A stretch of 64,000 nucleotides of DNA from Patescibacteria group bacterium (GTDB lineage: Bacteria > Patescibacteriota > Microgenomatia > UBA12405), in the NCBI GenBank assembly GCA_023380755.1, contig JAMCSD010000003.1, positions 9,341 through 73,340 on the forward strand. Reading direction: 5' to 3'. Both the position numbers and the translations under genes were made by a program. This document shows positions 18,316 to 27,084 of this stretch, in pieces; position 1 is the first letter of the stretch; every line of letters starts with the position of its first letter. A model generated the notes under the pieces. It did no database searches, had not been told where the DNA came from, and saw nothing but the letters and a program-made list of their open reading frames with translations.

Positions 18316-18699
18316 TTAGGTACCGGACTTAGTCTTTAGCCAATCAATGATGGGGGTGTCCCCTACAAGACATTTATTGTTGGCATAAGCCATGGGAACG
18401 GCCAAACCTTTAGAGACATCCAGCTCAGGACAATTTTTAGCGGTATCCTCCATTAATTTCTGATTTGCTAGGTTATAGTAAACTTCTTTTTGATCAATAT
18501 TCAATTTTTTGTCGATTCCGGAAGTTTTTATATAATTGCGGACATTCTCACAATGGGGACAACCGTCCCCCCAGAACAAGACCATATCGGCTGCCTTAGA
18601 GGAGTCAAAAGAGGTGGTTGTCGGTTTTTTGGAAAGAACTTTTATTCCCAGAAATACGACAATAACGATGACGATAAAAATGAGCCAGTCTTTTTTCAT
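18316..18699 (-). CDS. membrane-anchored thioredoxin-fold thiol-disulfide oxidoreductase
   Basis: N-terminal TM helix, then a CPHC redox motif (FWGDGCPHCENVRNY). Size is 127 aa. Confidence 0.65.
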   Translation of the reverse strand: MKKDWLIFIVIVIVVFLGIKVLSKKPTTTSFDSSKAADMVLFWGDGCPHCENVRNYIKTSGIDKKLNIDQKEVYYNLANQKLMEDTAKNCPELDVSKGLAVPMAYANNKCLVGDTPIIDWLKTKSGT

Positions 18700-19301
18700 T
18701 TGGTACGCGAGGTAATCTCAATTATTTTATCACCCTGTTTAATCTTGTCGAGGACATCAAATCCCGAAATAACTTCGCCAAAATTTACGTAATCACCTGT
18801 TAATTGCTGGCAGCCTTCGGTAGTGAAACAGATAAAAAATTGACTATCATTACTATATTCCTTGGTGTCTGGGGTCCGTGCCAAGCCAATGCTGCCACGC
18901 TTGAACGGAATGGAGTTTAATTCCGACTTTTCGGTACCACCACCCTGCCCAGTACCAGTCGGGTCGCCACCCTGAGCCATAAAACCAGAAATGACCCGGT
19001 GAAAAGTTAATCCGTTGTAAAAACCGTTGTTGGCTTTGTTAATAAAAGTGCGAGCAGTGTTGGGGGTGGTGTCTTTAAAAAGTCGTAAGAGTATTTGGCC
19101 ATCTTTTGTTTTAAGGGAAACCACCGGATTATTGTCTGTTTGAGAAACTTTCGATGAAGGGGTGGAAGTAATAATTGGTGAGAGCGCTGGGTTAGAGGTG
19201 GAAGACGGAGTAGTTGAGCTGGTAGAGTTATTGGAACTGAAAGGAAGAGTACAAGCAGACAGGATAATGGTTGAAAGAGCCAGATAAATTAATTTCTTCA
19301 T
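18696..19301 (-). CDS. cyclophilin-type peptidyl-prolyl isomerase, lipoprotein
   Basis: Cyclophilin motifs FHRVISGFMAQGGDP and NDSQFFI are present. The lipobox MKKLIYLALSTIILSAC is obtained if the start is the ATG at 19301. TGT-TATAAT (complement of 19308-19316) lies 6 nt upstream of that ATG. The track start at 19331 would add 10 unlikely residues. Confidence 0.8.
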   Translation of the reverse strand: MKKLIYLALSTIILSACTLPFSSNNSTSSTTPSSTSNPALSPIITSTPSSKVSQTDNNPVVSLKTKDGQILLRLFKDTTPNTARTFINKANNGFYNGLTFHRVISGFMAQGGDPTGTGQGGGTEKSELNSIPFKRGSIGLARTPDTKEYSNDSQFFICFTTEGCQQLTGDYVNFGEVISGFDVLDKIKQGDKIIEITSRTK

Positions 19302-19320
19302 AAAGGAATTATAACAGTTT

Positions 19321-20064
19321 TTAAAGGACAAGCACTTTCGCAGAACCAGAAAGGATGTCAGCCGGATTGCCGGATTCGGGAAAGTCGTGAATACTTTTTA
19401 AGAGAAGATCATACGAATAGTGAAAGTAAGCCCCGTGCTGAGTCCCGACATCGTGAACTATGAATTGCCTGGTAGAATCGTCATAACCTAAAAGGACTAA
19501 GTTATGATAATAAGGTCCGCCATTGGAGAAAAAATGATTTTCCTGAAAAAGGCTCTTACCAGCAGCGGGGATGATTACCGGATGGGACTGGGAGACAAAT
19601 TTTTTTAGCTCAAAGAGAGTCGGATTCGCAACAACTATGGGATTCAGATGAAAATAATCATGAGCCAAAACAGACATTTGGTTGATATTGATGTCAATTC
19701 CCCACCCTTTTTGGGTTTCGTAATCGATTAAATTTAAAATGGCTTGTTTAGTTTCCAAAACAGTCGGATTTTGATGATGATAGTAATCAGAGGCGGTCAG
19801 TAAAGCGGCTTCTTCACAAGCATCCTGCCATGGTTCGGTCCAGTTATGTTCGGGAGCCTGAGGGATAAAAGCAGTGGTAATTAAAAAATGGTTAGGTAAG
19901 GCGGTGGGAAGAGGTGAGGGTTGAGGGGAAGCAGCCGGAGAGGGGATCACCGTGGGAAGCGGGGAATTTATGAGCTCAGGAGAGCCTTTAGGACGGTCAA
20001 AACGATAAAGTACCAAACCTATAAGGACAATAGAGATTAAGCCGAAATATAGACGAAGATTCAT
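19321..20064 (-). CDS. secreted C39-like (papain-fold) cysteine peptidase domain protein
   Basis: N-terminal TM/signal helix and a Pro-rich linker. Then FIPQAPEHNWTEPWQDACEEAALL (Q...C) and YYHNLVLLGYDD (H...D) follow, as in the Peptidase_C39_2 family. Confidence 0.55.
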   Translation of the reverse strand: MNLRLYFGLISIVLIGLVLYRFDRPKGSPELINSPLPTVIPSPAASPQPSPLPTALPNHFLITTAFIPQAPEHNWTEPWQDACEEAALLTASDYYHHQNPTVLETKQAILNLIDYETQKGWGIDININQMSVLAHDYFHLNPIVVANPTLFELKKFVSQSHPVIIPAAGKSLFQENHFFSNGGPYYHNLVLLGYDDSTRQFIVHDVGTQHGAYFHYSYDLLLKSIHDFPESGNPADILSGSAKVLVL

Positions 20065-20083
20065 AGATTATTTTACTACTTAC

Positions 20084-20092
20084 TGCTATAAT
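20084..20092 (+). promoter_or_regulatory. extended -10 promoter placed for a leaderless typA mRNA
   Basis: TGC-TATAAT (20084-20092), 6 nt (AGCCGG), then the ATG at 20099. There is no Shine-Dalgarno. Confidence 0.55.
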
Positions 20093-20098
20093 AGCCGG

Positions 20099-21940
20099 AT
20101 GCCAAAGACAGCTGATATCAGAAATATTGCAGTAATTGCCCATGTTGACCATGGGAAGACAACTTTGGTCGATGCACTCCTAAAACAAACACACACTTTT
20201 CGTGAGAACCAAGAAGAAATGCAAGTCGAAAGAATTATGGATAGCAATGACCTAGAGCGCGAAAAAGGAATTACAATACTTTCGAAAAATACCTCCGTTA
20301 TATATAAAGACGCCAAGATTAATATTATTGACACGCCGGGACACGCCGATTTCGGCGGTGAAGTTGAAAGAGTATTGAATATGGCTGATGGGGCTTTACT
20401 GATAGTGGATGCGGCCGAAGGACCACTGTCACAAACAAAATTTGTCCTTAAAAAGGCTTTGGATTACAAACTAAAAATAATCCTGGTCATCAATAAAATT
20501 GACCGAAAAGATCAACGGGTAAAAGAAGTAATCGCCGACACGGAAAATCTTTTTTTAACTTTGGCTAATGATCCGGAACTTTTGGATTTCCCGATCATTT
20601 ATGCCATCGGCCGCGAAGGAAAAACTTTTTCGGAAATGCCGGCAGATATGAACACACCCGGTGATACCACTCCCCTGTTCGAAACAATATTAAAAACCAT
20701 ACCATCAGCCATCAAGAATGTCGAGAAACCATTTCAAATGTTGGTTTCGGCCTTTGAAAAGAATGAATACTTAGGACGATTGGCGCTGGGTAGAATTCAC
20801 CAGGGAGTGATCCATAAAAACGATTATGTCAGCCTGGTAACCTCCGAGCAAAAAGTTCTGGGTAACTATCGAATCGAAAAGATGTATCTTAACGAGGGAA
20901 TTACCAAAAAGGAAAGCGAGGAAGCGATTAGCGGAGATATTGTCTATTTAGCCGGTATTCCCGAAATTGAAATTGGCCAGACCCTGACTAACCCCAACCT
21001 GCAGGTGGCTCTACCAACTATTGAGGTCACCCCCCCAACTTTAAAAGCGAGTTTTGGACCAAACACCAGTATTTTTGCCCGTGATGAATCAAAATATTTA
21101 ACTAGCCGTGAGCTGAAAGAGCGGCTCTTTGAAGAAGTAGAAACAAATCTGGGATTAAAGATTGAAGAAGATCCTGACGATAGCATCCGGGTTTTAGTTT
21201 CCGGAAGGGGTGAATTGCACTTAGCTATTTTGATTGAAAAACTGCGGCGCGAAGGTTATGCCATGGAAGTCGGCAAACCCGAGGTGATTATGAAAAACAT
21301 CAACGGTGTTACTTGCGAACCGTTTAGTGAACTAACGATTTTGACCAGCGATGCTTATGTGGGCGTCATTAGCTCGGAATTAGGCAAACGAAAAGCGCAA
21401 ATGTTAGATATGGTGACTGATGATAAAGGTAATGTCCGGATTCTTTATAAGATTAGCGAAAGAAATGCTTTGGGTTTGAGAAGTATTCTCATGACGGAAA
21501 CTCGGGGTTCGGTGTCCTTAAGCTATCTTTTCCTGGGTTATGAGCCGCGAGAAGACTTTGCGGAAAGAAAAAGGAATGGGGCCTTGATAGCCTCGGAAAG
21601 CGGCAAAGCGTTGTCTTATGGTTTGGACCTAGCCCAGAAAAGAGGAACTACGTTTGTGGAACCGACCGAAGCGGTGTATGAAGGCCAGATTGTAGGCCTA
21701 AGACCAGTCGAGGGCGACCTGGAGGTCAACGTCTGTAAAGGTAAGCAGTTGACAAATATGCGCGCCGCCGGCAGTGATGAGGCAATAATTCTCGCCCCGG
21801 CAGTCAAATATAGTATTGAAGAGGCCATCGATTTTATCGGCAGTGATGAATTAATTGATATCACCCCCAAAAGTGTGCGCTTAAGAAAAAGGTTGTTGAA
21901 AAAGGTGGACCGGGTTCGAGCCGAACGGAAGAACCAGTAA
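20099..21940 (+). CDS. typA: translational GTPase TypA/BipA
   Basis: G-domain motifs AHVDHGKTT, DTPGHADF and NKID are present. At 613 aa it has the EF-G-like domain order and the TypA-specific C-terminus. Confidence 0.9.
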   Translation: MPKTADIRNIAVIAHVDHGKTTLVDALLKQTHTFRENQEEMQVERIMDSNDLEREKGITILSKNTSVIYKDAKINIIDTPGHADFGGEVERVLNMADGALLIVDAAEGPLSQTKFVLKKALDYKLKIILVINKIDRKDQRVKEVIADTENLFLTLANDPELLDFPIIYAIGREGKTFSEMPADMNTPGDTTPLFETILKTIPSAIKNVEKPFQMLVSAFEKNEYLGRLALGRIHQGVIHKNDYVSLVTSEQKVLGNYRIEKMYLNEGITKKESEEAISGDIVYLAGIPEIEIGQTLTNPNLQVALPTIEVTPPTLKASFGPNTSIFARDESKYLTSRELKERLFEEVETNLGLKIEEDPDDSIRVLVSGRGELHLAILIEKLRREGYAMEVGKPEVIMKNINGVTCEPFSELTILTSDAYVGVISSELGKRKAQMLDMVTDDKGNVRILYKISERNALGLRSILMTETRGSVSLSYLFLGYEPREDFAERKRNGALIASESGKALSYGLDLAQKRGTTFVEPTEAVYEGQIVGLRPVEGDLEVNVCKGKQLTNMRAAGSDEAIILAPAVKYSIEEAIDFIGSDELIDITPKSVRLRKRLLKKVDRVRAERKNQ

Positions 21941-21946
21941 AGCGGA

Positions 21947-22273
21947 TTATTGAAGTCGGAACTGATTATAATCAATTTTCGGGGCCGGGATAATTTTATT
22001 CCAGTCAATACGGCTAAAGGTGTCTTCTAAGAATTTGGTGGTGGGGCTGACGAGATCAATCCGGAGTTGGGAAAGAACGTAAATTAAGGCGGCCGTCACG
22101 AAAATGGTGCCAAAAAGTGTGCCTAAGGAGTGAAAAATACCGGCGATGAAGTTATAAATGGCAAATTTAAAGGGACTTGTTGAATAGATGAAATAGCGGT
22201 TTTGGTTGGTAATTTGATCTAACTTTTCGTTTAACTGTTTTAGTTCTAAAAGGGTTTGTTGGCGGGTTTTCAT
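21947..22273 (-). CDS. hypothetical small membrane protein
   Basis: 108-aa ORF with an N-terminal coiled segment and two hydrophobic helices (FAIYNFIAGIFHSLGTLFGTIFVTAALIYVL). Confidence 0.5.
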   Translation of the reverse strand: MKTRQQTLLELKQLNEKLDQITNQNRYFIYSTSPFKFAIYNFIAGIFHSLGTLFGTIFVTAALIYVLSQLRIDLVSPTTKFLEDTFSRIDWNKIIPAPKIDYNQFRLQ

Positions 22274-22276
22274 AAG

Positions 22277-22678
22277 TTATTGTAGATGAAGATTTAAGGA
22301 TTTGGCAATTTGAGTCATAGTTTCGGAATTAATTTCTTTGACTTTGGTAGTGTCTATGCCGTGGCCGTGATCGTCGCCAAAAAATCGCGGAATAATATGG
22401 ATATGAGCATGAGGAATTTCGACACCGATGGTGAGAAAGGAAACAAAGTCGGCTTTAACGGCTTTAATCGAGGCCAAGGCGATTTTATTAGCAACAGCCC
22501 AATATTCCTTAACTTCGGGAACATCATAAACCCACTGATAATGTTTTTTTGGTAATAAGAGAGAATGTCCGGGGTTGAGAGGTTTAATGTCGAGAAAACC
22601 AAAAAAGAGATCGTCTTCGTAAACCTGGTAAGAGGGTATTTCTCTGGCAATTATTTTGCAGAAAAGACAATCAGTCAT
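22277..22678 (-). CDS. HIT-family nucleotide hydrolase/transferase
   Basis: Histidine triad HAHIHIIPR and N-terminal CLFCKI are present. Size is 133 aa. TGT-TATAAT (complement of 22684-22692) lies 5 nt upstream of the ATG. Confidence 0.85.
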   Translation of the reverse strand: MTDCLFCKIIAREIPSYQVYEDDLFFGFLDIKPLNPGHSLLLPKKHYQWVYDVPEVKEYWAVANKIALASIKAVKADFVSFLTIGVEIPHAHIHIIPRFFGDDHGHGIDTTKVKEINSETMTQIAKSLNLHLQ

Positions 22679-22693
22679 AAAAAATTATAACAG

Positions 22694-25363
22694 CTAGCCA
22701 AACTCGGGATAATGGCATTTTTTATACTTTTTGCCAGAGCCGCAAGGACAAGGGTCATTGCGACCAGGTGCTGTTTTGGTGGCGGTGACTGGTTTAACCT
22801 GAGGCGCAAGGGCCTGGTCCTGGGCAGCGATTGAATCTTGGTCAACATCATTAGTAATCATTTCTCCCCGGCCTTCATCGATATTTTGGGGCGGCAGAGC
22901 TGATTGAGGGACATCAACCTGGATGCGGAATAATTTCCGAGCGACATTATATTCGTAAGTTCCCATTAAACGCTGAAACATTTCAAAACCTTCCTTACGG
23001 TATTCCACCAAAGGATCCTTTTGGGCGTAACCACGCAAGCGGACACCTTCGCGGAGGTTGTCGAGGGCGGTTAAGTGTTCGACCCATAAAGGATCGATGG
23101 TACTAAGGATGACGAAGCGAATGATGTCGTAACTGATCGGTTCACCGAAGAAGGAAATTCTTTCCTGCCAAAGGTGATGGACTAAGTCAGATAATTTGGC
23201 AGGGACATCGGCTTTGGCTAATTCCTTTTTTAGTCGATCACGACTGCCGGGATCGAGGGGAACAATTTCGCTAAATTCCAGAATGACCTTATCAAGATCA
23301 ATGCCGGAATTCTCATCAACACTATTATTAACCAAAAACTCGATTTGACGATCGATAATCTTGAGAACATCATCGGTATTTTTTTGAGGTTTGGTTTCAG
23401 CATTGTTAATGGTTTCTTCCCGCAGGCGGTAAATAATTTGCCTCTGCTTATTAATCACGTCATCATATTCCACCAAATTTTTCCGAATATCAAAATTGTA
23501 ACCCTCTACTTTCACCTGGATTTGTTCGATAGACTTTGAGACTAAGGAATGAGTTAATGGGGTATCATCGGGCATATTGAAGCGGGTCATTAAGGCCGCA
23601 ATTTTATCGCCACCAAAGATACGCATTAAATCATCGTCGAGAGCGACATAAAACTGGGAGTAACCGGTATCGCCTTGGCGCCCGGAACGGCCGCGGAGTT
23701 GGTTGTCAATACGGCGGGATTCGTGACGCTCGGTACCAATCACATATAAGCCTCCCGACCCTATCACCAGGTCGTGGTGTTTTTGCCAGTCCTCAAGATT
23801 TTGAGGATCTTTTTGACCACCCAAAATAATATCCACACCCCGGCCGGCCATGTTGGTAGCCACCGTAACCGCACCGATTTTACCGGCATTAGCGATAATA
23901 GCGGCTTCAGCCGTATGGTTTTTGGCGTTCAGCACCTGATGAGGAATCCCCTTCTTGGACAATAATGAAGAGATTATTTGATTCTTTTCAATTGAGGTGG
24001 TGCCAATCAGTACCGGCTGACCTTTCGCATGGAGTTCGGCGACCTTGGCAGCCACGGCGGTGTATTTAGCCCTTTGGGTTTTATAGATCAAGTCTTGAGC
24101 ATCGGAACGACGCGTCGGCTTGTTAGTAGGGATGGCAACCACATCTAGGTTATATATTTGGTGAAACTCGTCGGCTTCGGTCATGGCGGTACCGGTCATC
24201 CCGGCGAGTTTTTGATAAAGCCGGAAATAATTTTGAAAAGTGATTGTCGCCCAAGTTTGGGATTCTCTCTGGACAGTGACTTTTTCTTTGGCTTCAACAG
24301 CCTGATGAAGGCCATCGGACCAGCGGCGGCCATACATTAAGCGGCCGGTAAATTCGTCAACAATGATAATTTCGCCGTCTTTGACAACATAATCTTTGTC
24401 TTTGTGAAAAAGAGCGTTGGCTTTTATAGCATTTTCAATGTAATGGATGGTTTCAAAAGACTCTTCGTAAAGGTTTTTGACGTTTAACATTCGTTCCACC
24501 TTACGGATACCGTATTCCGAGAGGGTGGCTGAACGTGATTTTTCATCAATAATATAATCAGTGGGTTGGAGCTGGGAGGCTAATTCGGCAAATTTATAAT
24601 ATTTATCGGTCGGCTGATTATTAGGCGAGGAAATTATTAAAGGGGTGCGGGCTTCATCAATCAGGACGAAATCGACCTCATCAACAATGGCATAGTGATG
24701 CGGCCGTTGGACGACCTCGGAAAACTGCTGCACCATGTGGTCCCGTAAATAATCAAAACCGAATTCATTGTTTGTACCATAAGTAATATCGGCCAGATAG
24801 GCTTCTTTACGGGTAATCGGCCGTAAGTGGGCTAAACGGTCATCGACTTTTTCCGAAGGATTGGTGAACTCCGGGTCATAAAGGAAAGATTGCTCATGAA
24901 TAATGGCAGCGGTAGAAATACCCAAGTTATGCAAGGCCCGAGGGTACCAACCAGCCCCGACTTGAGTTAAGTAATCATTAGGGGTGATGATATGGACACC
25001 CTTATTCGTTAGGGCATTTAGATAAGCCGCAAAAATAACAGAATGGGTTTTACCTTCACCCGTCTTTTGTTCCGCTATCGCCCCTTGATGAAGTGTAATA
25101 GCAGACATTAATTGGACATCATAGGCACGTTCCCCGATTTCGCGGAAAATAGCCTCGCGAACGACGGCAAAAGCTTCCGGTAAAAGCTCGTCGAGAGTCG
25201 CCCCATGCGCCAGTCGGTCCCGGAACTCTGTCGTTTTTTCTTTTAAAGCCTTAGCAGTTAACTTTTTTATTTTGGGTTCCCACTGATTGATAGCCTTAAC
25301 TAAAGGTAGATATTGATTGAGTCGTCGCTGATTAAAGTCGAAGAGATTTGAAAAAATAGCCAT
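22694..25363 (-). CDS. secA: preprotein translocase ATPase SecA
   Basis: Walker A EQKTGEGKT, DEAD-like DEVDFVLIDEARTPLIIS and the C-terminal zinc motif CPCGSGKKYKKCH are present. I moved the start to MAIFSNLF (ATG at 25363). The 13-codon track extension runs through a terminator hairpin, and TATAAT (complement of 25370-25375) lies 6 nt upstream of 25363. Confidence 0.9.
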   Translation of the reverse strand: MAIFSNLFDFNQRRLNQYLPLVKAINQWEPKIKKLTAKALKEKTTEFRDRLAHGATLDELLPEAFAVVREAIFREIGERAYDVQLMSAITLHQGAIAEQKTGEGKTHSVIFAAYLNALTNKGVHIITPNDYLTQVGAGWYPRALHNLGISTAAIIHEQSFLYDPEFTNPSEKVDDRLAHLRPITRKEAYLADITYGTNNEFGFDYLRDHMVQQFSEVVQRPHHYAIVDEVDFVLIDEARTPLIISSPNNQPTDKYYKFAELASQLQPTDYIIDEKSRSATLSEYGIRKVERMLNVKNLYEESFETIHYIENAIKANALFHKDKDYVVKDGEIIIVDEFTGRLMYGRRWSDGLHQAVEAKEKVTVQRESQTWATITFQNYFRLYQKLAGMTGTAMTEADEFHQIYNLDVVAIPTNKPTRRSDAQDLIYKTQRAKYTAVAAKVAELHAKGQPVLIGTTSIEKNQIISSLLSKKGIPHQVLNAKNHTAEAAIIANAGKIGAVTVATNMAGRGVDIILGGQKDPQNLEDWQKHHDLVIGSGGLYVIGTERHESRRIDNQLRGRSGRQGDTGYSQFYVALDDDLMRIFGGDKIAALMTRFNMPDDTPLTHSLVSKSIEQIQVKVEGYNFDIRKNLVEYDDVINKQRQIIYRLREETINNAETKPQKNTDDVLKIIDRQIEFLVNNSVDENSGIDLDKVILEFSEIVPLDPGSRDRLKKELAKADVPAKLSDLVHHLWQERISFFGEPISYDIIRFVILSTIDPLWVEHLTALDNLREGVRLRGYAQKDPLVEYRKEGFEMFQRLMGTYEYNVARKLFRIQVDVPQSALPPQNIDEGRGEMITNDVDQDSIAAQDQALAPQVKPVTATKTAPGRNDPCPCGSGKKYKKCHYPEFG

Positions 25364-25379
25364 GGGAGTATTATATCGT

Positions 25380-25411
25380 AAAAAAGCCAAGCCCCCCGCC
25401 ATTGCGGGGGG
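25380..25411 (-). terminator. candidate intrinsic terminator after the 96-aa membrane protein gene
   Basis: An 8-bp all-G/C stem pairs CCCCCCGC (25392-25399) with GCGGGGGG (25404-25411) across a 4-nt loop. On the minus strand it is followed by CTTGGC and then TTTTTT (25380-25385). Confidence 0.55.
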
Positions 25412-25419
25412 TCTAGGGT

Positions 25420-25433
25420 GGCTCCTCTACGAT
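25420..25433 (-). repeat. 14-nt motif ATCGTAGAGGAGCC directly after a stop codon (copy 1)
   Basis: The minus strand reads TAA-ATCGTAGAGGAGCC-ACCCTAGAC. An identical 14-mer follows the dprA stop at 45069-45082 on the plus strand. Confidence 0.4.
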
Positions 25434-25724
25434 TTATTTAGTAATGATTTTTTTGATGAAAAGAAAAACGACAGTCAAGAGGCTAATAATTGGCAAAGAC
25501 AAACCTAAAATCCAAATAAGGAATTTGATGATGAATTGAAAGGTTTTTTGCAGAGAACTCCAGAAACTAAGCGGTTGGTCGAAAGCACCTAATACGGATG
25601 TCGACCGGTGAAGGGGAATACCCAGGTTGGTGAGATAATTTTGATTTATCCAATTGCTAATAATTAGTCCACAAACGACAAAAGTTGAGATAAAAAGAAG
25701 GGTTATCATAGGTTTTTTCATCAA
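25434..25724 (-). CDS. hypothetical small membrane protein
   Basis: 96-aa ORF with two or three hydrophobic helices. It has a 4-nt overlap with the serS stop. Confidence 0.5.
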   Translation of the reverse strand: MMKKPMITLLFISTFVVCGLIISNWINQNYLTNLGIPLHRSTSVLGAFDQPLSFWSSLQKTFQFIIKFLIWILGLSLPIISLLTVVFLFIKKIITK

Positions 25725-26980
25725 ACCGCGATACGCTCGAAACCGGTAAAAGGAACCAAAACTGGAGGAATCGTAATCGAACCGTCCCTTTTTTGATTAA
25801 GTTCTAAGAGGGCCAACAGGACTCGATCAGTCACCACGGTAGCATTAAGGATATGGACGAATTCGGGCTTGCCGTTTATTTTAACACGGGTATTTAAACG
25901 CCGAGCTTGATAATCGGTACAATTACTACAGGAGCTGGTTTCGCGATATTGTTTTAAGCCGGGAAACCAGGAATTGATGTCATACATCCGGCGGTTGGGC
26001 TGGGGAAGATCGCCGGTGCAATTGCGCATGACTTGATAAGGAATACCGAGTTCTTGAAGGATCTCTTCTTCGAGGGAAAGCATTTCTAAGCACATGGCAT
26101 CGGAAATTTTGGTATCGGGCAGAGTAAAAATATTCATTTCTACTTTATTGAAGAAATGGACCCGGAGCATGCCTTTCATATCCTTACCATAAGTACCCGC
26201 CTCACGACGGAAGCAGGGCGAGAAGTTAACATAACGGATCGGTAAATCCTTGGCATCGAGAATTTCATTTTTATGGTAGGGGACCACGGAGTGTTCGGAG
26301 CTGGAAATAAAGATTAGATCATCTTCCGGCACTGAATAATAGGCATTAAACAGATTTTTGTTACTGGAATAACCACAACCCCATTCGGTTTCCGACTTAA
26401 TCATTGCCGGGGGAATCATGCCCCGAAAACCTTTGGAAACTAATTTCTTAAAGGCATAAAACATCAGCGACATTTCCAATACGGCAGCCTGGTTTTTATA
26501 ATAACCAAACCGGGAACCGGAAACTTCGGCGGCTTTTTCGATATCTAAAATGTTTAGTTTTTTACCTAAATCGGCGTGATCGAGAATGAAAAAATCAAAT
26601 TCGGGTATTTTTCCGACAGTTTTCCAAACAATATTTTCCGAATCATCTTTGCCAACAGGAACGTCGGGAGCAGGGATGTTGGGGATTTCTTCGAGAGCAA
26701 CTTTTAGATCAGCTTCCTGGAATTTTAATTGATCTTCTAATGTTCTTAAATCAGCTTTAATCTTGGAGGCAGCCGACAATTGTTCGGTACTTGGTTTGCC
26801 TTTGATCTCTTTGGAAATTTTATTTTGAGAAGAACGAAGAGCCTCGACCTTAGATAAGAGATTTCGGCGGCCGTTATCCAGGTCAATAACCCGGGCTAAG
26901 AGCTCAGGCGATTTTTGCCGGTTAATCAAACTTTGTTTAACTAATTCCTGATTATCGCGTAGGAAATTAAGGTCAAGCAT
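25721..26980 (-). CDS. serS: seryl-tRNA synthetase
   Basis: An N-terminal coiled-coil arm (MLDLNFLRDNQELV...) is followed by class II motifs (FRREAGTYGKDMKGMLRVHFFNKVE; TSSCSNCTDYQARR). TGT-TAAAAT (complement of 26989-26997) lies 8 nt upstream of the ATG. Confidence 0.9.
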   Translation of the reverse strand: MLDLNFLRDNQELVKQSLINRQKSPELLARVIDLDNGRRNLLSKVEALRSSQNKISKEIKGKPSTEQLSAASKIKADLRTLEDQLKFQEADLKVALEEIPNIPAPDVPVGKDDSENIVWKTVGKIPEFDFFILDHADLGKKLNILDIEKAAEVSGSRFGYYKNQAAVLEMSLMFYAFKKLVSKGFRGMIPPAMIKSETEWGCGYSSNKNLFNAYYSVPEDDLIFISSSEHSVVPYHKNEILDAKDLPIRYVNFSPCFRREAGTYGKDMKGMLRVHFFNKVEMNIFTLPDTKISDAMCLEMLSLEEEILQELGIPYQVMRNCTGDLPQPNRRMYDINSWFPGLKQYRETSSCSNCTDYQARRLNTRVKINGKPEFVHILNATVVTDRVLLALLELNQKRDGSITIPPVLVPFTGFERIAV

Positions 26981-27084
26981 CTGCCCTCATTTTAACAAAT
27001 TTAAGGAAAGTTATTACCGCAAATTTGCAGCAAATTTTAGGGAAATTTAGTCATTTTACATACTTGATATATATTGATCTATTT

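Noticed and set aside
25364-25402. 13-codon N-terminal extension of SecA (MAGGLAFLRYNTP)
   Set aside because: The extension is encoded by the GC hairpin and U-tract of the upstream terminator. The canonical SecA N-terminus and a well-placed TATAAT support the ATG at 25363.
26981-27084. Possible T-box or other leader upstream of serS
   Set aside because: At 104 nt it is too short for a T-box, and no T-box or specifier features are visible. It contains only AAATTTG(C/T) repeats, including the palindrome GCAAATTTGC (27019-27028), which are unremarkable in AT-rich promoter DNA. serS also has a -10 hexamer 8 nt from its ATG.
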